Shown here one piece after another: positions 43,722-52,436 of a stretch of 56,353 nt of DNA. The position numbers and the translations under genes were made by a program. This stretch comes from Gammaproteobacteria bacterium (lineage in GTDB: Bacteria; Pseudomonadota; Gammaproteobacteria; GCA-001735895). Positions within the stretch are counted from its first letter, which is position 1, and each line of letters starts with the position of its first letter. The notes under the pieces were generated by a model. That model did no database searches. It worked only from the letters and a program-made list of their open reading frames with translations, and had not been told where the DNA came from. The stretch lies in the NCBI GenBank assembly GCA_047639625.1, contig JBLIOG010000002.1, positions 1 to 56,353 of the forward strand, read 5' to 3'.

Positions 43722-44187
43722 TTCGGAATGTCATAATTTGATTATCCGTAAAGCTACCAATAACGACCTGACTGAAATTAAAGATTGTGCAGTTACTGCT
43801 TATCAAATCTATGTAGAGCGAATCGGCCGGAAACCCGCGCCGATGATTGCTGACTTTCAGGCCAGTATCGATCTAGAGCAACTTTATATCGCCGATTGGG
43901 ATGGCAAAGTTGCCGGATTTGTCGTGTTTTATGCAAAGATTGATCATGTCCATCTGGAAAATATCGCGGTTAATTCTGCTTTACAAAAAAAGGGAATTGG
44001 CCTGCAATTGATTCAGTTTGTTGAGGGCCAAACTTTAGAATCTGGCTTTGGTCGAGTTGAGTTGTACACCCACGAGAAGATGACGGAAAACCTGGGTATC
44101 TACCCACGGCTTGGTTATCGAGAGTTTGATCGGCGAACCGAAGATGGCTTCGACCGTGTTTTTTTCGAGAAGTATTTAATAGAATAA
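43693..44187 (+). CDS. GNAT-family N-acetyltransferase
   Basis: It has the acetyl-CoA motif LQKKGIGLQLI and a GNAT fold pattern. The start is ambiguous. Both candidates are TTG (43693, overlapping the pyk end, or 43738, giving LIIRKATNNDL), and neither has a clear SD. Confidence 0.7.
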   Translation: METCPISSINSECHNLIIRKATNNDLTEIKDCAVTAYQIYVERIGRKPAPMIADFQASIDLEQLYIADWDGKVAGFVVFYAKIDHVHLENIAVNSALQKKGIGLQLIQFVEGQTLESGFGRVELYTHEKMTENLGIYPRLGYREFDRRTEDGFDRVFFEKYLIE

Positions 44188-44247
44188 TTTGAGTTTAAAT
44201 TTATTGTGGATGAGCGTCCCTGCACATCATGTATCTTTAATGATCAA

Positions 44248-45801
44248 CTATCGAGTGTATCGCGCTGTTTTCTTCTTGTAGTGGCCTTGAATAATACGAT
44301 CAATGACCATTGCACAAAATAGGATTGCAAGACCCGCTAGCATGCCCTGACCTTTGGCTGCATACTGTAATGCGATCAGCACGTCTTGTCCGAGGCCTTT
44401 GGCACCGATCAAAGATGCGATAACCACCATCGACAGGCACATCAGAATGGTTTGGTTAATGCCGGTCATTATAGAAGGCATGGCCAAAGGTAGTTCGACG
44501 TCTTTCAGCAAAGTCCATTTGGTCGCACCAAATGCTATTGCTGCCTCTTTGGTGGTTTCGGGTACGCCACGCATTCCGAGTGCGGTTAGACGGATTACCG
44601 GAGGCATACCGAAGATGATGGTCGCTAGAACACCAGGCGGTTTGCCCGTTCCAAAAAAAGCAATGATTGGAATTAGGTAAACAAAGGCAGGCATGGTTTG
44701 CATGAAGTCGAGTATAGGCAGCGCTGAATTATAAGCGCGTTTACTCTTGCCAAACCAGATGCCGAGGGGTATTCCCATGAGCAGGCATAGAAACGCCGCT
44801 GCTCCGAGCAGTGCGACAGTAATCATGCTGGTTTCCCACATACCCAGGAAGCCAAGGTAAGCCAGTGATGCAGCGGTAAATATAGCAACTCTCGGGCCGG
44901 CTAATCGAAAGGCAGTGACTATAATAACCGTCATAACAACCGGCCATGGAGTTCCGACGAAGACCGTTTCCAGCCCATCAAGTACGGTGCGAATCGTGAT
45001 CACTACTCCATCGAACACGCCTGCACCACTGATTGATAACTGATCAAAACCATCTTCCATCCAGTTGGCAACCGGTGAAAAGTAGGCTTTTTTCTCAACC
45101 GGAAACCCAAGGGTATAGGCTTCAAGTTCAGGTGCAATCTTACCCACAGTGAACCGGTAAAGCGTTAACGGAACGATTGCGAGCCAGAGTATTGCGCCTA
45201 TCACAACTCGCATCCAGCTCAGTCCAATTATTGACTTGTCATGTTCGGCGCGCCATGTCAGGTACTGATTTTCATATCGGATATTGGCGGAGAAGCCCTG
45301 GAATAGCCGGAGTGCTACAAAAAACAGCAACCCAACGATGAGATAGGTAGTCGCACCTTCAGCTGCGGCGGTAGCTTCAACCATCAAACGATCGACTACT
45401 TTCTGTAGGTTTTCTGAACGCGCGAGGTAATTCGCCGCATCTTCGGGTTTAGCGGCTTCCAGCGCGACTTGATATTTTTCATAAAAAGACTGTATTTTGG
45501 GTTCCATCTTCTCGATTCGCGCCAGCTTGTCTGCTCCGAGTTCACCCCATAGTCCTTTACCTATCTGCACCAGTGCCAAAATCTCTAGTACCAGGAAAGT
45601 CCAGAACCCCCCCCATAATCCTCTGGCTGCCCCCCAAAAGGGACCACCAATTGCAGCCCAGATATTCCACGATCGAGGAATTTTGGTAGCAGACTGAATT
45701 TTTTCAAATTCACGGCGGTAGTATTCGGTGTTTTCGACAACAAAGTCGTCTATTGAGCTGCCCAGTTTAGCGGGTTCAGCAGAAAATCCTGATTCCTGCA
45801 T
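44248..45801 (-). CDS. Glycine-betaine/proline-type ABC transporter permease with about 230-aa N-terminal extension
   Basis: The C-terminal roughly 290 aa is ProW/OpuAB-like, with the permease loop EAAIAFGATKWTLLKDVELPLAMPSI. The N-terminal part has extra TM helices and a segment (YYRREFEKIQ...SWNIWAAIGGPFWGAARGLWGGFW) resembling DUF2628-type domains. It has a 1-nt overlap with the ATPase gene stop. Confidence 0.85.
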   Translation of the reverse strand: MQESGFSAEPAKLGSSIDDFVVENTEYYRREFEKIQSATKIPRSWNIWAAIGGPFWGAARGLWGGFWTFLVLEILALVQIGKGLWGELGADKLARIEKMEPKIQSFYEKYQVALEAAKPEDAANYLARSENLQKVVDRLMVEATAAAEGATTYLIVGLLFFVALRLFQGFSANIRYENQYLTWRAEHDKSIIGLSWMRVVIGAILWLAIVPLTLYRFTVGKIAPELEAYTLGFPVEKKAYFSPVANWMEDGFDQLSISGAGVFDGVVITIRTVLDGLETVFVGTPWPVVMTVIIVTAFRLAGPRVAIFTAASLAYLGFLGMWETSMITVALLGAAAFLCLLMGIPLGIWFGKSKRAYNSALPILDFMQTMPAFVYLIPIIAFFGTGKPPGVLATIIFGMPPVIRLTALGMRGVPETTKEAAIAFGATKWTLLKDVELPLAMPSIMTGINQTILMCLSMVVIASLIGAKGLGQDVLIALQYAAKGQGMLAGLAILFCAMVIDRIIQGHYKKKTARYTR

Positions 45802-46847
45802 TATTCTTTCCCCCCTTTAATACCCTTTAACAAGGTTGATTTACTGACCACCCCAATGTCTTTACCATCGTCTGTTATTACGATGGGCTGATTGGTTGTG
45901 GTAGAGATATCAATCAGGCCGCTTAGATCGGTATCATGTGGTGCACGTAAGGCTTCCGACAAATCCTCGTGCGGTTGAACCTGGTACTCGTCATACTTTT
46001 CCATGATTGAATGAGCAAAAATAAGTTTTAGTGTTGAAATACCTTCGACAAAATCGGTGACATACTCGTCGATCGGGTTAGTCACAATCTCTTCCGGTGT
46101 ACCGATTTGAACGATGACGCCGTCTTTCATGATCGCTATACGATTACCAATTCGTATGGCTTCGTCAAGATCGTGGGTGATAAAAACGGTGGTTTTGTTT
46201 AGATCCGCCGACAGGGCCATGAATTGCTCCTGCAATTGACGTCGGATTAAGGGATCCAGGGCCGAAAATGGTTCATCCATTAGCAGAATTTCGGGGTCAG
46301 AGGCTAGCGCTCGCGCAAGTCCGACACGTTGCTGCATACCACCCGATAACTCGCTTGGGAAACGATCTTCGTATCCGTCGAGATTGACCAGATTGAGGCA
46401 GCGCTGTGATTCTTCCCAGCGTCTTGATTTCGATTCACCCTGAACCTGTAACGGGAATGCCACATTGTCGCGAACCGTCCTGTGGGGGAACAACGCCATA
46501 TGCTGAAAAACCATACCGATGTGAGCGGCGCGCAGTTTTCGCAATTCTTCTGGGGGCAATTTGAGGACGTCTCGGCCCAATACTTCTATCGATCCGCTGG
46601 TAGGTTCGATTAGTCGATTTAAATGACGCACCATGGTGGATTTTCCGGAGCCGGAGAGGCCCATGACACAAAATATTTCACCTCTTGGAACCTCAAAAGA
46701 GCATTCAGCAATACCAACCACACAGCCAAATTTTTCGAGTACTTGCGGCTTGGTCAGACCTTCAGTCTTGATCGCCGCCATAGCTTCTTCGGCACGAGAG
46801 CCAAAAATCTTCCAGACATCGTCAAGTTTAATAACCGCTTCGCTCAA
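45801..46847 (-). CDS. Glycine-betaine/proline-type ABC transporter ATP-binding protein
   Basis: It has Walker A GLSGSGKST, the signature LSGGMQQRV and Walker B ILLMDEPFSALD. The N-terminus is ProV/OpuAA-like and the C-terminal regulatory domain is short. Confidence 0.9.
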   Translation of the reverse strand: MSEAVIKLDDVWKIFGSRAEEAMAAIKTEGLTKPQVLEKFGCVVGIAECSFEVPRGEIFCVMGLSGSGKSTMVRHLNRLIEPTSGSIEVLGRDVLKLPPEELRKLRAAHIGMVFQHMALFPHRTVRDNVAFPLQVQGESKSRRWEESQRCLNLVNLDGYEDRFPSELSGGMQQRVGLARALASDPEILLMDEPFSALDPLIRRQLQEQFMALSADLNKTTVFITHDLDEAIRIGNRIAIMKDGVIVQIGTPEEIVTNPIDEYVTDFVEGISTLKLIFAHSIMEKYDEYQVQPHEDLSEALRAPHDTDLSGLIDISTTTNQPIVITDDGKDIGVVSKSTLLKGIKGGKE

Positions 46848-46868
46848 CTGACTACCCTCATTGCTTAC

Positions 46869-46905
46869 AAAAAAAAACGGGCGAATTCTTAAGATTTCAC
46901 CCGTT
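46869..46905 (-). terminator. Intra-operon hairpin plus U-run between the binding-protein and ATPase genes
   Basis: The minus-strand read is AACGGGTGAAatcttaagaaTTCGCCCGTTTTTTTTTT. It forms a 10-bp stem with one G.U pair, followed by a T-run. Confidence 0.65.
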
Positions 46906-46945
46906 CCTTAGTTTTAGTCGATTCGCATAATGCGATCCGGTGAAA

Positions 46946-47902
46946 TTATTTCAACCAGGAATCAACTGTTTTCTCGTTAGCCATAACCCATTCCTTGGCA
47001 TAGTCATTTGGATCCTTTTGGTCGACTACCAGCGCATAGGTCATTGCAGATACCTGATCAGTAGTCAGACTTATGCTATTCAGCATATCAGCAACTCCAG
47101 GGTGAGCTTTCTTCAGGGATACCGCGTAGTGAACATGAAGATAAGCTTTATCCCAGGCAACAGGCGCGTTTGAAACTTCAAGCCAGTTGGGGTCGTCAGT
47201 GGGCTGAACTACGTTCCACTTGGACTCGTCGTAGGCTGGTTCATCGAGAATAACCAGTTCGTGCAATGCAAACAGATGGTGCGGGGTGTAGCAGAAGAAC
47301 ACAGAATCTTCTTTTTTGGCGACGGCATTATCAACACCCGCCAAAGCGACAGACTCGTCCATTTCCATCAGGTTCATGGTCTCGTCATAGCCATAGCTCT
47401 TGGCACGGATTTTTTCTACACTGGTTGATGCCCAGCCTGAAGCACCGATCCATACTTCACCTTTACCATCGCCGTCGGTATCGAAGTTTTGCGCCATGTC
47501 CGGATCTGACAGGTCGGATAATTTCTTGATGCCGGTACGCTCGGCGGTGCCTTTGGTTACACACATGCCCTGGAACGCCGGCACACCCTTAGGTGCTTGT
47601 AGAACAGTTTTCTTTTGATTGACAAAGGTGTTGTTGAGGTTTGCCTGGTTTGGTAGCCATACTTCAGGATGGATATGCATGCTGCCGGAGTCCATGGCTT
47701 CAAATACAACTGGGTTGGATGCATTTTGAAGTTCAACTTCGAGACCAAAATTATCTTCTATGACGGCTTTAAGGATGCTGGCAGTTGCCGCAACTGATGG
47801 CCAGTTTGGAACACCAATAACCACATCGGCAGCACTTGCATAGCTGGAAACACCCAGGCTGGCCGCAACTAATACACCCATTAGGGACTTTTTTAATTTC
47901 AT
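46946..47902 (-). CDS. Periplasmic substrate-binding protein, glycine-betaine (ProX/OpuAC)-type
   Basis: It has a signal peptide (MKLKKSLMGVLVAASLGVSSYASA). It has an OpuAC-like pattern (VVIGVPNWPSVAATASILKAVIE, HPEVWLP) with Trp/Tyr residues compatible with an aromatic ligand box. Confidence 0.85.
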   Translation of the reverse strand: MKLKKSLMGVLVAASLGVSSYASAADVVIGVPNWPSVAATASILKAVIEDNFGLEVELQNASNPVVFEAMDSGSMHIHPEVWLPNQANLNNTFVNQKKTVLQAPKGVPAFQGMCVTKGTAERTGIKKLSDLSDPDMAQNFDTDGDGKGEVWIGASGWASTSVEKIRAKSYGYDETMNLMEMDESVALAGVDNAVAKKEDSVFFCYTPHHLFALHELVILDEPAYDESKWNVVQPTDDPNWLEVSNAPVAWDKAYLHVHYAVSLKKAHPGVADMLNSISLTTDQVSAMTYALVVDQKDPNDYAKEWVMANEKTVDSWLK

Positions 47903-48154
47903 ACTAACCTCCTCAGGTTTTTATAATGTATAGAAAGTAGATCCACCTTTATGAATGGCGGCTTAATTCACTAGTATTTGATGTCAATCGATAGTCATTG
48001 AGTATGACTCGATAAACAATGAACGATATTAACCCAATTTTCGGGTCGATGACAATTGCCTTATCTTAATTTTTTTAGAATGGGAGCTTTTTATTCGATA
48101 TCACCTTTTTCAATCTCTAAGACCCACTTAAACGAGGTTTCGAGGTAGGAATAA

Positions 48155-49071
48155 TCAGTGCTTTGCCAATATATTGAGCAATTGATTGCTAAAGGCTTCG
48201 GTCATTGTGATGTTTCGTGGCGTTCGGTGTTTGACGTGGGATAGTTCAGTTTCGATAGTGATTTGATCCGCTATCAGTGGTTTGAACTCGTTTCGAACGC
48301 ACCAGTTATGTGCGTAATAAGGCGGTAAAAATCCAATATATTTGCCGGTTTGAATCAATATGGCGGTTACTTCGAGGCTTGAAGCAAATGCTTTCGAATT
48401 CATTGAAATGGGTGGATCAGTACGACTGCTTGTTTCCCCGTAAGTGCGTTCGATAAATGCCGCCGTTTGAATGTCTTCAAGTTTAAGACCGGGTTCTTTC
48501 TTGTTAAAAAGCGGGTGGCCTTCACCACCATAGAGCAATAATTGCTCCGTGCATAAAGTCTGATAAATCAACCCAGCTGACCGGTGATAAAAGACGCCGA
48601 TCGCAGAATGTAATTTATGATCGAGAACCGCGCGCTCCAGTTCCGAAGGTGGCATGGTATAGAGTGAAATTTCGAGATCGACGGCTGCCTCTTAAACTCG
48701 CGCAATAGCGGTTGAGGTCGGGAGATTAGGGTCAAAAATCATATTATCGATCAAGCCAAGACGCAGTTCTCCGTGGATAGCGCCTTTTGCTGCACCTATT
48801 TCTGTAATGAAGTTTTCATGAGCCAGTAGCAAGGCCTGACAGGCCTGATAAACAGCTTCGCCTTCAGGCATTAATGAAAAGCCACTCCTGCCTCTTAGGC
48901 AAAGCTGCAGTCCGAGACGTTCTTCAAGCTCGGTCATTCTTAGGCTAATGGTCGATGCACTTAGATTTAACTCGTGTTGAGCCAGGGTAAACCCCCGCAT
49001 TCGACGATTGTCATGTAGATTCGGAGACACTTGATGTCAATATCGTGAAGATTTCCAATCATCGTATCCAT
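48155..49071 (-). pseudogene. LysR-family transcriptional regulator, disrupted (1-nt frameshift plus in-frame TAA)
   Basis: Frame A from the ATG at 49071 gives MDTMIGNLHDIDIKCLRIYMTIVECGG, then runs out of frame at the G5T3 run (48989-48996). Frame B continues the HTH with FTLAQHELNLSASTISLRMTELEERLGLQL and reaches an in-frame TAA at 48692-48694. The same frame continues directly after it as EAAVDLEISLYTMPPSELERAVLDHKLHSAIGVF, the LysR effector domain, to 48155. Confidence 0.8.
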
Positions 49072-49099
49072 GTGTTTGACCTTCAATTAGTTAATAAAA

Positions 49100-49118
49100 A
49101 TCGAAAGTGTACTTCGAT
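49100..49118. promoter_or_regulatory. Interrupted dyad, candidate LysR-type operator
   Basis: The sequence is ATCGAA-N7-TTCGAT, a perfect 6+6 dyad. It lies in the 119-bp divergent region between the LysR pseudogene (ATG 49071) and the enzyme operon (ATG 49191). Confidence 0.4.
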
Positions 49119-49190
49119 TAATTAATATTTTTTCAAATTAAAGTGTGTGCGACAGTGATTGCTGTTACTGAAAACGACCGGGAGAAACTA

Positions 49191-50069
49191 ATGACTAATC
49201 CAACTCGATCACCCGATTACTGGGGTATAGATAATGATTATGGTGTCTTACGCGATGTGCTGCTGGGTAAACGTGAGTGTTTTCGTTGGGTAGAAGAAGG
49301 TCCTTTAATCGGACACACCCTGAAAAATATGCATAAGACCGGCCATGCATTCGATTTTGATCTTTCGCAACGGCAGTTTTGGGAGATGGTTAAAGTGTAT
49401 GAAGATGCCGGTGTGACCTGTCATTACCTCGACTCAGATCCGGTGTTGCACCGAAATTTCTTTGCGCGAGATTCTAGCGCTATTACTCCCTGGGGCGCAT
49501 TGATTTGCCACATGCAGTTAAAATGTCGGCGGGCAGATTATGTAACGACAATCAAATTTTATCAGGACAACAATATTCCAATCTGGAATTACGCAACGGC
49601 CGGTCATTTCGAAGGCGGAGATTTTGTCATCCTCGAGCCGGGAACCGTATTAATCGGATACTGTGGTGAACGCTCTGAACAGGTCGCTGAATTTGTGCGT
49701 AAAGAAGGTTGGGATGTGGAAGTGGCGCCTATTCCCGCTTTGTTTGTACATATGGATGGTTTGGTGGTTCCGCTCGATGAGAAGTTGGTGGTAACCTGTC
49801 TGGATGCGCTCGAAGGTTGGGTCATAGATTGGCTGAAGAAAAACGGCTTCGATTTTGTCGATGTTGACTTTGGCGAAGCGAAAGATTTGGGTGTTAATCT
49901 GGTCTCGCTGGGGAACAAAAAAGTTTTGTCGACGGTGGGCAGTGTTAATTTGAATGAAAATTTACGCAAACGTGGCTATAAGGTCTTTGCACCTGATATG
50001 TCGATGTTTACACTGGGTGGCGGAGGCGTGCATTGTATGTGTCAGGCCTTAAAACGCGATCTTGTTTAG
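49191..50069 (+). CDS. Guanidino-group-modifying enzyme superfamily protein (arginine deiminase / amidinotransferase / DDAH-like)
   Basis: The C-terminal catalytic motif GGGGVHCMCQAL has the Cys nucleophile preceded by His. The size is about 292 aa. The SD GGAGAA sits 5 nt upstream of the ATG at 49191. The ORF-track start at 49143 is less likely. Confidence 0.75.
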   Translation: MTNPTRSPDYWGIDNDYGVLRDVLLGKRECFRWVEEGPLIGHTLKNMHKTGHAFDFDLSQRQFWEMVKVYEDAGVTCHYLDSDPVLHRNFFARDSSAITPWGALICHMQLKCRRADYVTTIKFYQDNNIPIWNYATAGHFEGGDFVILEPGTVLIGYCGERSEQVAEFVRKEGWDVEVAPIPALFVHMDGLVVPLDEKLVVTCLDALEGWVIDWLKKNGFDFVDVDFGEAKDLGVNLVSLGNKKVLSTVGSVNLNENLRKRGYKVFAPDMSMFTLGGGGVHCMCQALKRDLV

Positions 50070-50099
50070 AAACTAACTTTTAGAATTGGTGAGAAATCC

Positions 50100-51338
50100 A
50101 TGACGGAATTAAAAGATCTTCGGGTAGATGGAAATCGTCTATGGCAAAGTATTATGGCAATGGCGGAAATTGGGCCCGGCCAGCATGGTGGGTCCTGTCG
50201 GCTGGCGCTTACCGATGCCGACCGCGATGGCAGAGAGTTGTTCCTCGGCTGGTGTCGTGAGATTGGATGTTCGTTGAAAGTTGATGATATGGGGAATTTG
50301 TTTGTTCGGCGTGACGGCGGTAATCCAAACCGTGACCCAATAGCGTCAGGTAGTCATCTTGATACGCAGCCGCACGGTGGAAAGTTTGATGGCATTTATG
50401 GCGTATTGGCAACCCTGGAAGTTTTTCGTGCCTTGCACGATGCCGATGTTGTAACGGATGCTCCGCTTGAAATTATCGTCTGGACCAATGAAGAAGGTTC
50501 GCGCTTTGCACCTGCAATGATCGCTTCGGGGGTTTATGCCGGATTGTTTGAAAAAGAATTTGCCTGGTCTCAAACCGATACCGATGGAATCACTCTGAAG
50601 TCAGAACTCGAGCGAACCGGTTATATGGGTGACGAAATTTGTGGTGACCATAAAATTGCTGCATTACTGGAAGCTCATATTGAACAGGGTCCGATTCTTG
50701 AACGGTTTAGTGATCAAATTGGTGTGGTCCAGGGAGCCCAGGGTCAGCGCTGGTTTGATGTAGTCATTAGAGGCCAGGATTCGCACGCGGGTTCAACACC
50801 GATGGAAGGTCGCAAAGATGCGTTGGTAGCGTCGTCAGAAATCATAGGAAAACTTCAAACGCTCGCACTCGACAACGCGCCTGACGCGGTCGCGACTGTC
50901 GGCCAGTTGATTGTTAGTCCTAATTCGCGGAATACCATTCCGGGAGAGGTTTCCTTTTCGGTCGATATGCGAAATCCAGATGATCAGGTTTTGTCTTCAA
51001 TGAATGAGGCATTCCGGTCTTTTGCGAACGAAGCTGCTGCAAAGCAATCCGTAGAAATCGATATACAGCAGATCTGGCATATTCCACCGATCTTATTTGA
51101 TGAAGCGTGCGTTGCTGCTGTTGAAAGTTCAGCGGTTGAGTTGGGTTATGCCCATCGTTCAATAGTTTCAGGGGCCGGGCACGATGCCTGCCAGGTCTGC
51201 CAGAAAATTCCTACCGCAATGATCTTTGTGCCCTGTGCTGGAGGCCTCAGTCACAATGAAGCCGAAAGTGCCACATTGGAAGACCTTGAAGCGGGTTGTA
51301 ATGTGTTGCTGCAAAGTATTCTTAAATTAGCCAGTTAA
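50100..51338 (+). CDS. Peptidase M20-family Zn amidohydrolase (N-carbamoyl-amino-acid / allantoate amidohydrolase-like)
   Basis: Motifs GSHLDTQPHGGKFDG, WTNEEGSRF and GAGHDA are present. The length of 412 aa is typical of the AmaB/AllC subfamily. Confidence 0.85.
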   Translation: MTELKDLRVDGNRLWQSIMAMAEIGPGQHGGSCRLALTDADRDGRELFLGWCREIGCSLKVDDMGNLFVRRDGGNPNRDPIASGSHLDTQPHGGKFDGIYGVLATLEVFRALHDADVVTDAPLEIIVWTNEEGSRFAPAMIASGVYAGLFEKEFAWSQTDTDGITLKSELERTGYMGDEICGDHKIAALLEAHIEQGPILERFSDQIGVVQGAQGQRWFDVVIRGQDSHAGSTPMEGRKDALVASSEIIGKLQTLALDNAPDAVATVGQLIVSPNSRNTIPGEVSFSVDMRNPDDQVLSSMNEAFRSFANEAAAKQSVEIDIQQIWHIPPILFDEACVAAVESSAVELGYAHRSIVSGAGHDACQVCQKIPTAMIFVPCAGGLSHNEAESATLEDLEAGCNVLLQSILKLAS

Positions 51339-51351
51339 CGAGTATCAAAAA

Positions 51352-52305
51352 ATGTCTAATTCGAAAAATGATCAAGATCCTATTACTCGACCCCGTTTTA
51401 CCGGGTTACCTACCTTTATGCGGGCACCCTATCGAGAGAGTTTTGAAGATGTAGATATAGGTTTGATTGGTGTCCCTTTTGACGGCGGTGTGACCAATCG
51501 TCCGGGCGCCCGTCATGGACCAAGAGAAATTAGAAATCAATCGAGCTTAATTCGAAAAATGAATCAGGCGACTGGAATTTCTCCGCATGACATTTGCCGC
51601 GTGGCTGATATAGGTGATGCCTGGGTAGAAAAACCCTTCACTCTAGAAGGCAGTCATCAGGAAATAGAAGCCTATTATCGAGATGTAATCGCCGCAGGGA
51701 TTACGCCATTATCTGCAGGTGGCGACCATTCTATTACTTTACCGATATTTCGAGCACTGGCAAAAGACGGGCCGATTGGTATGGTTCATTTTGATGCGCA
51801 TTGTGATACTGGCGATGATTATCTGGGGTCAAAGTTTCACCATGGCGCTCCCTTCAGTCGCGCTGTTGAAGAAGGTTTGCTCGATCCAAAACGAACCATA
51901 CAAATTGGTATCAGAGGATCAGTGAATGACCCTGATATCTGGAAATTCAGCCACGATTCCGGCATGCGGGTCATCTATATCGAAGAGTATTTCGATATGG
52001 GCCATAAGGCGGTCATCGAAGAAGCGCGACGAGTAGTGGGTGACGGTAAGACCTATATCAGTTTTGATGTAGACGCACTCGATCCGGTTTATGCGCCTGG
52101 TACCGGAACACCCGAAGTCGGTGGATACAGCACGCTTGAAGCACAAATGATGATTCGCGGATTAAGTGGCCTCGATTTAATTGGTGGTGATGTGGTTGAG
52201 GTGTCGCCGCCTTTCGATCCAACGGGTAATACGGCACTGGTTGGAGCTACTATGATGTTTGAAATTCTTTGTGTACTTGCAGAATCTCGGGCTGTGAGAG
52301 GGTAG
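51352..52305 (+). CDS. Ureohydrolase of the agmatinase / guanidinobutyrase / guanidinopropionase family
   Basis: It has the arginase-fold Mn ligand motifs GGDHSIT, HFDAHCDT and SFDVDALDP. The N-terminus FMRAPY...DIGLIGVPFDGG is typical of the SpeB/Gbu family. Confidence 0.9.
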   Translation: MSNSKNDQDPITRPRFTGLPTFMRAPYRESFEDVDIGLIGVPFDGGVTNRPGARHGPREIRNQSSLIRKMNQATGISPHDICRVADIGDAWVEKPFTLEGSHQEIEAYYRDVIAAGITPLSAGGDHSITLPIFRALAKDGPIGMVHFDAHCDTGDDYLGSKFHHGAPFSRAVEEGLLDPKRTIQIGIRGSVNDPDIWKFSHDSGMRVIYIEEYFDMGHKAVIEEARRVVGDGKTYISFDVDALDPVYAPGTGTPEVGGYSTLEAQMMIRGLSGLDLIGGDVVEVSPPFDPTGNTALVGATMMFEILCVLAESRAVRG

Positions 52306-52436
52306 GGAATATTAGTAAGTGATTAGCAAGAATACTCAGTTCAAGCTGAAAATTTAATATCAAAGTATAGAATTCAAGTATGCTTGATTGCCTGTTTGCT
52401 AAACATTTTTCCACACCCAAATGACACCTGTATTCC

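Noticed and set aside
47988-48012. Imperfect palindrome TCGATAGTCATTGAGTATGACTCGA upstream of the binding-protein gene, considered as a possible operator.
   Set aside because: The half-sites are offset by a 2-nt bulge and the region is AT-rich, where such near-palindromes arise by chance. It is too weak to call without comparative data.
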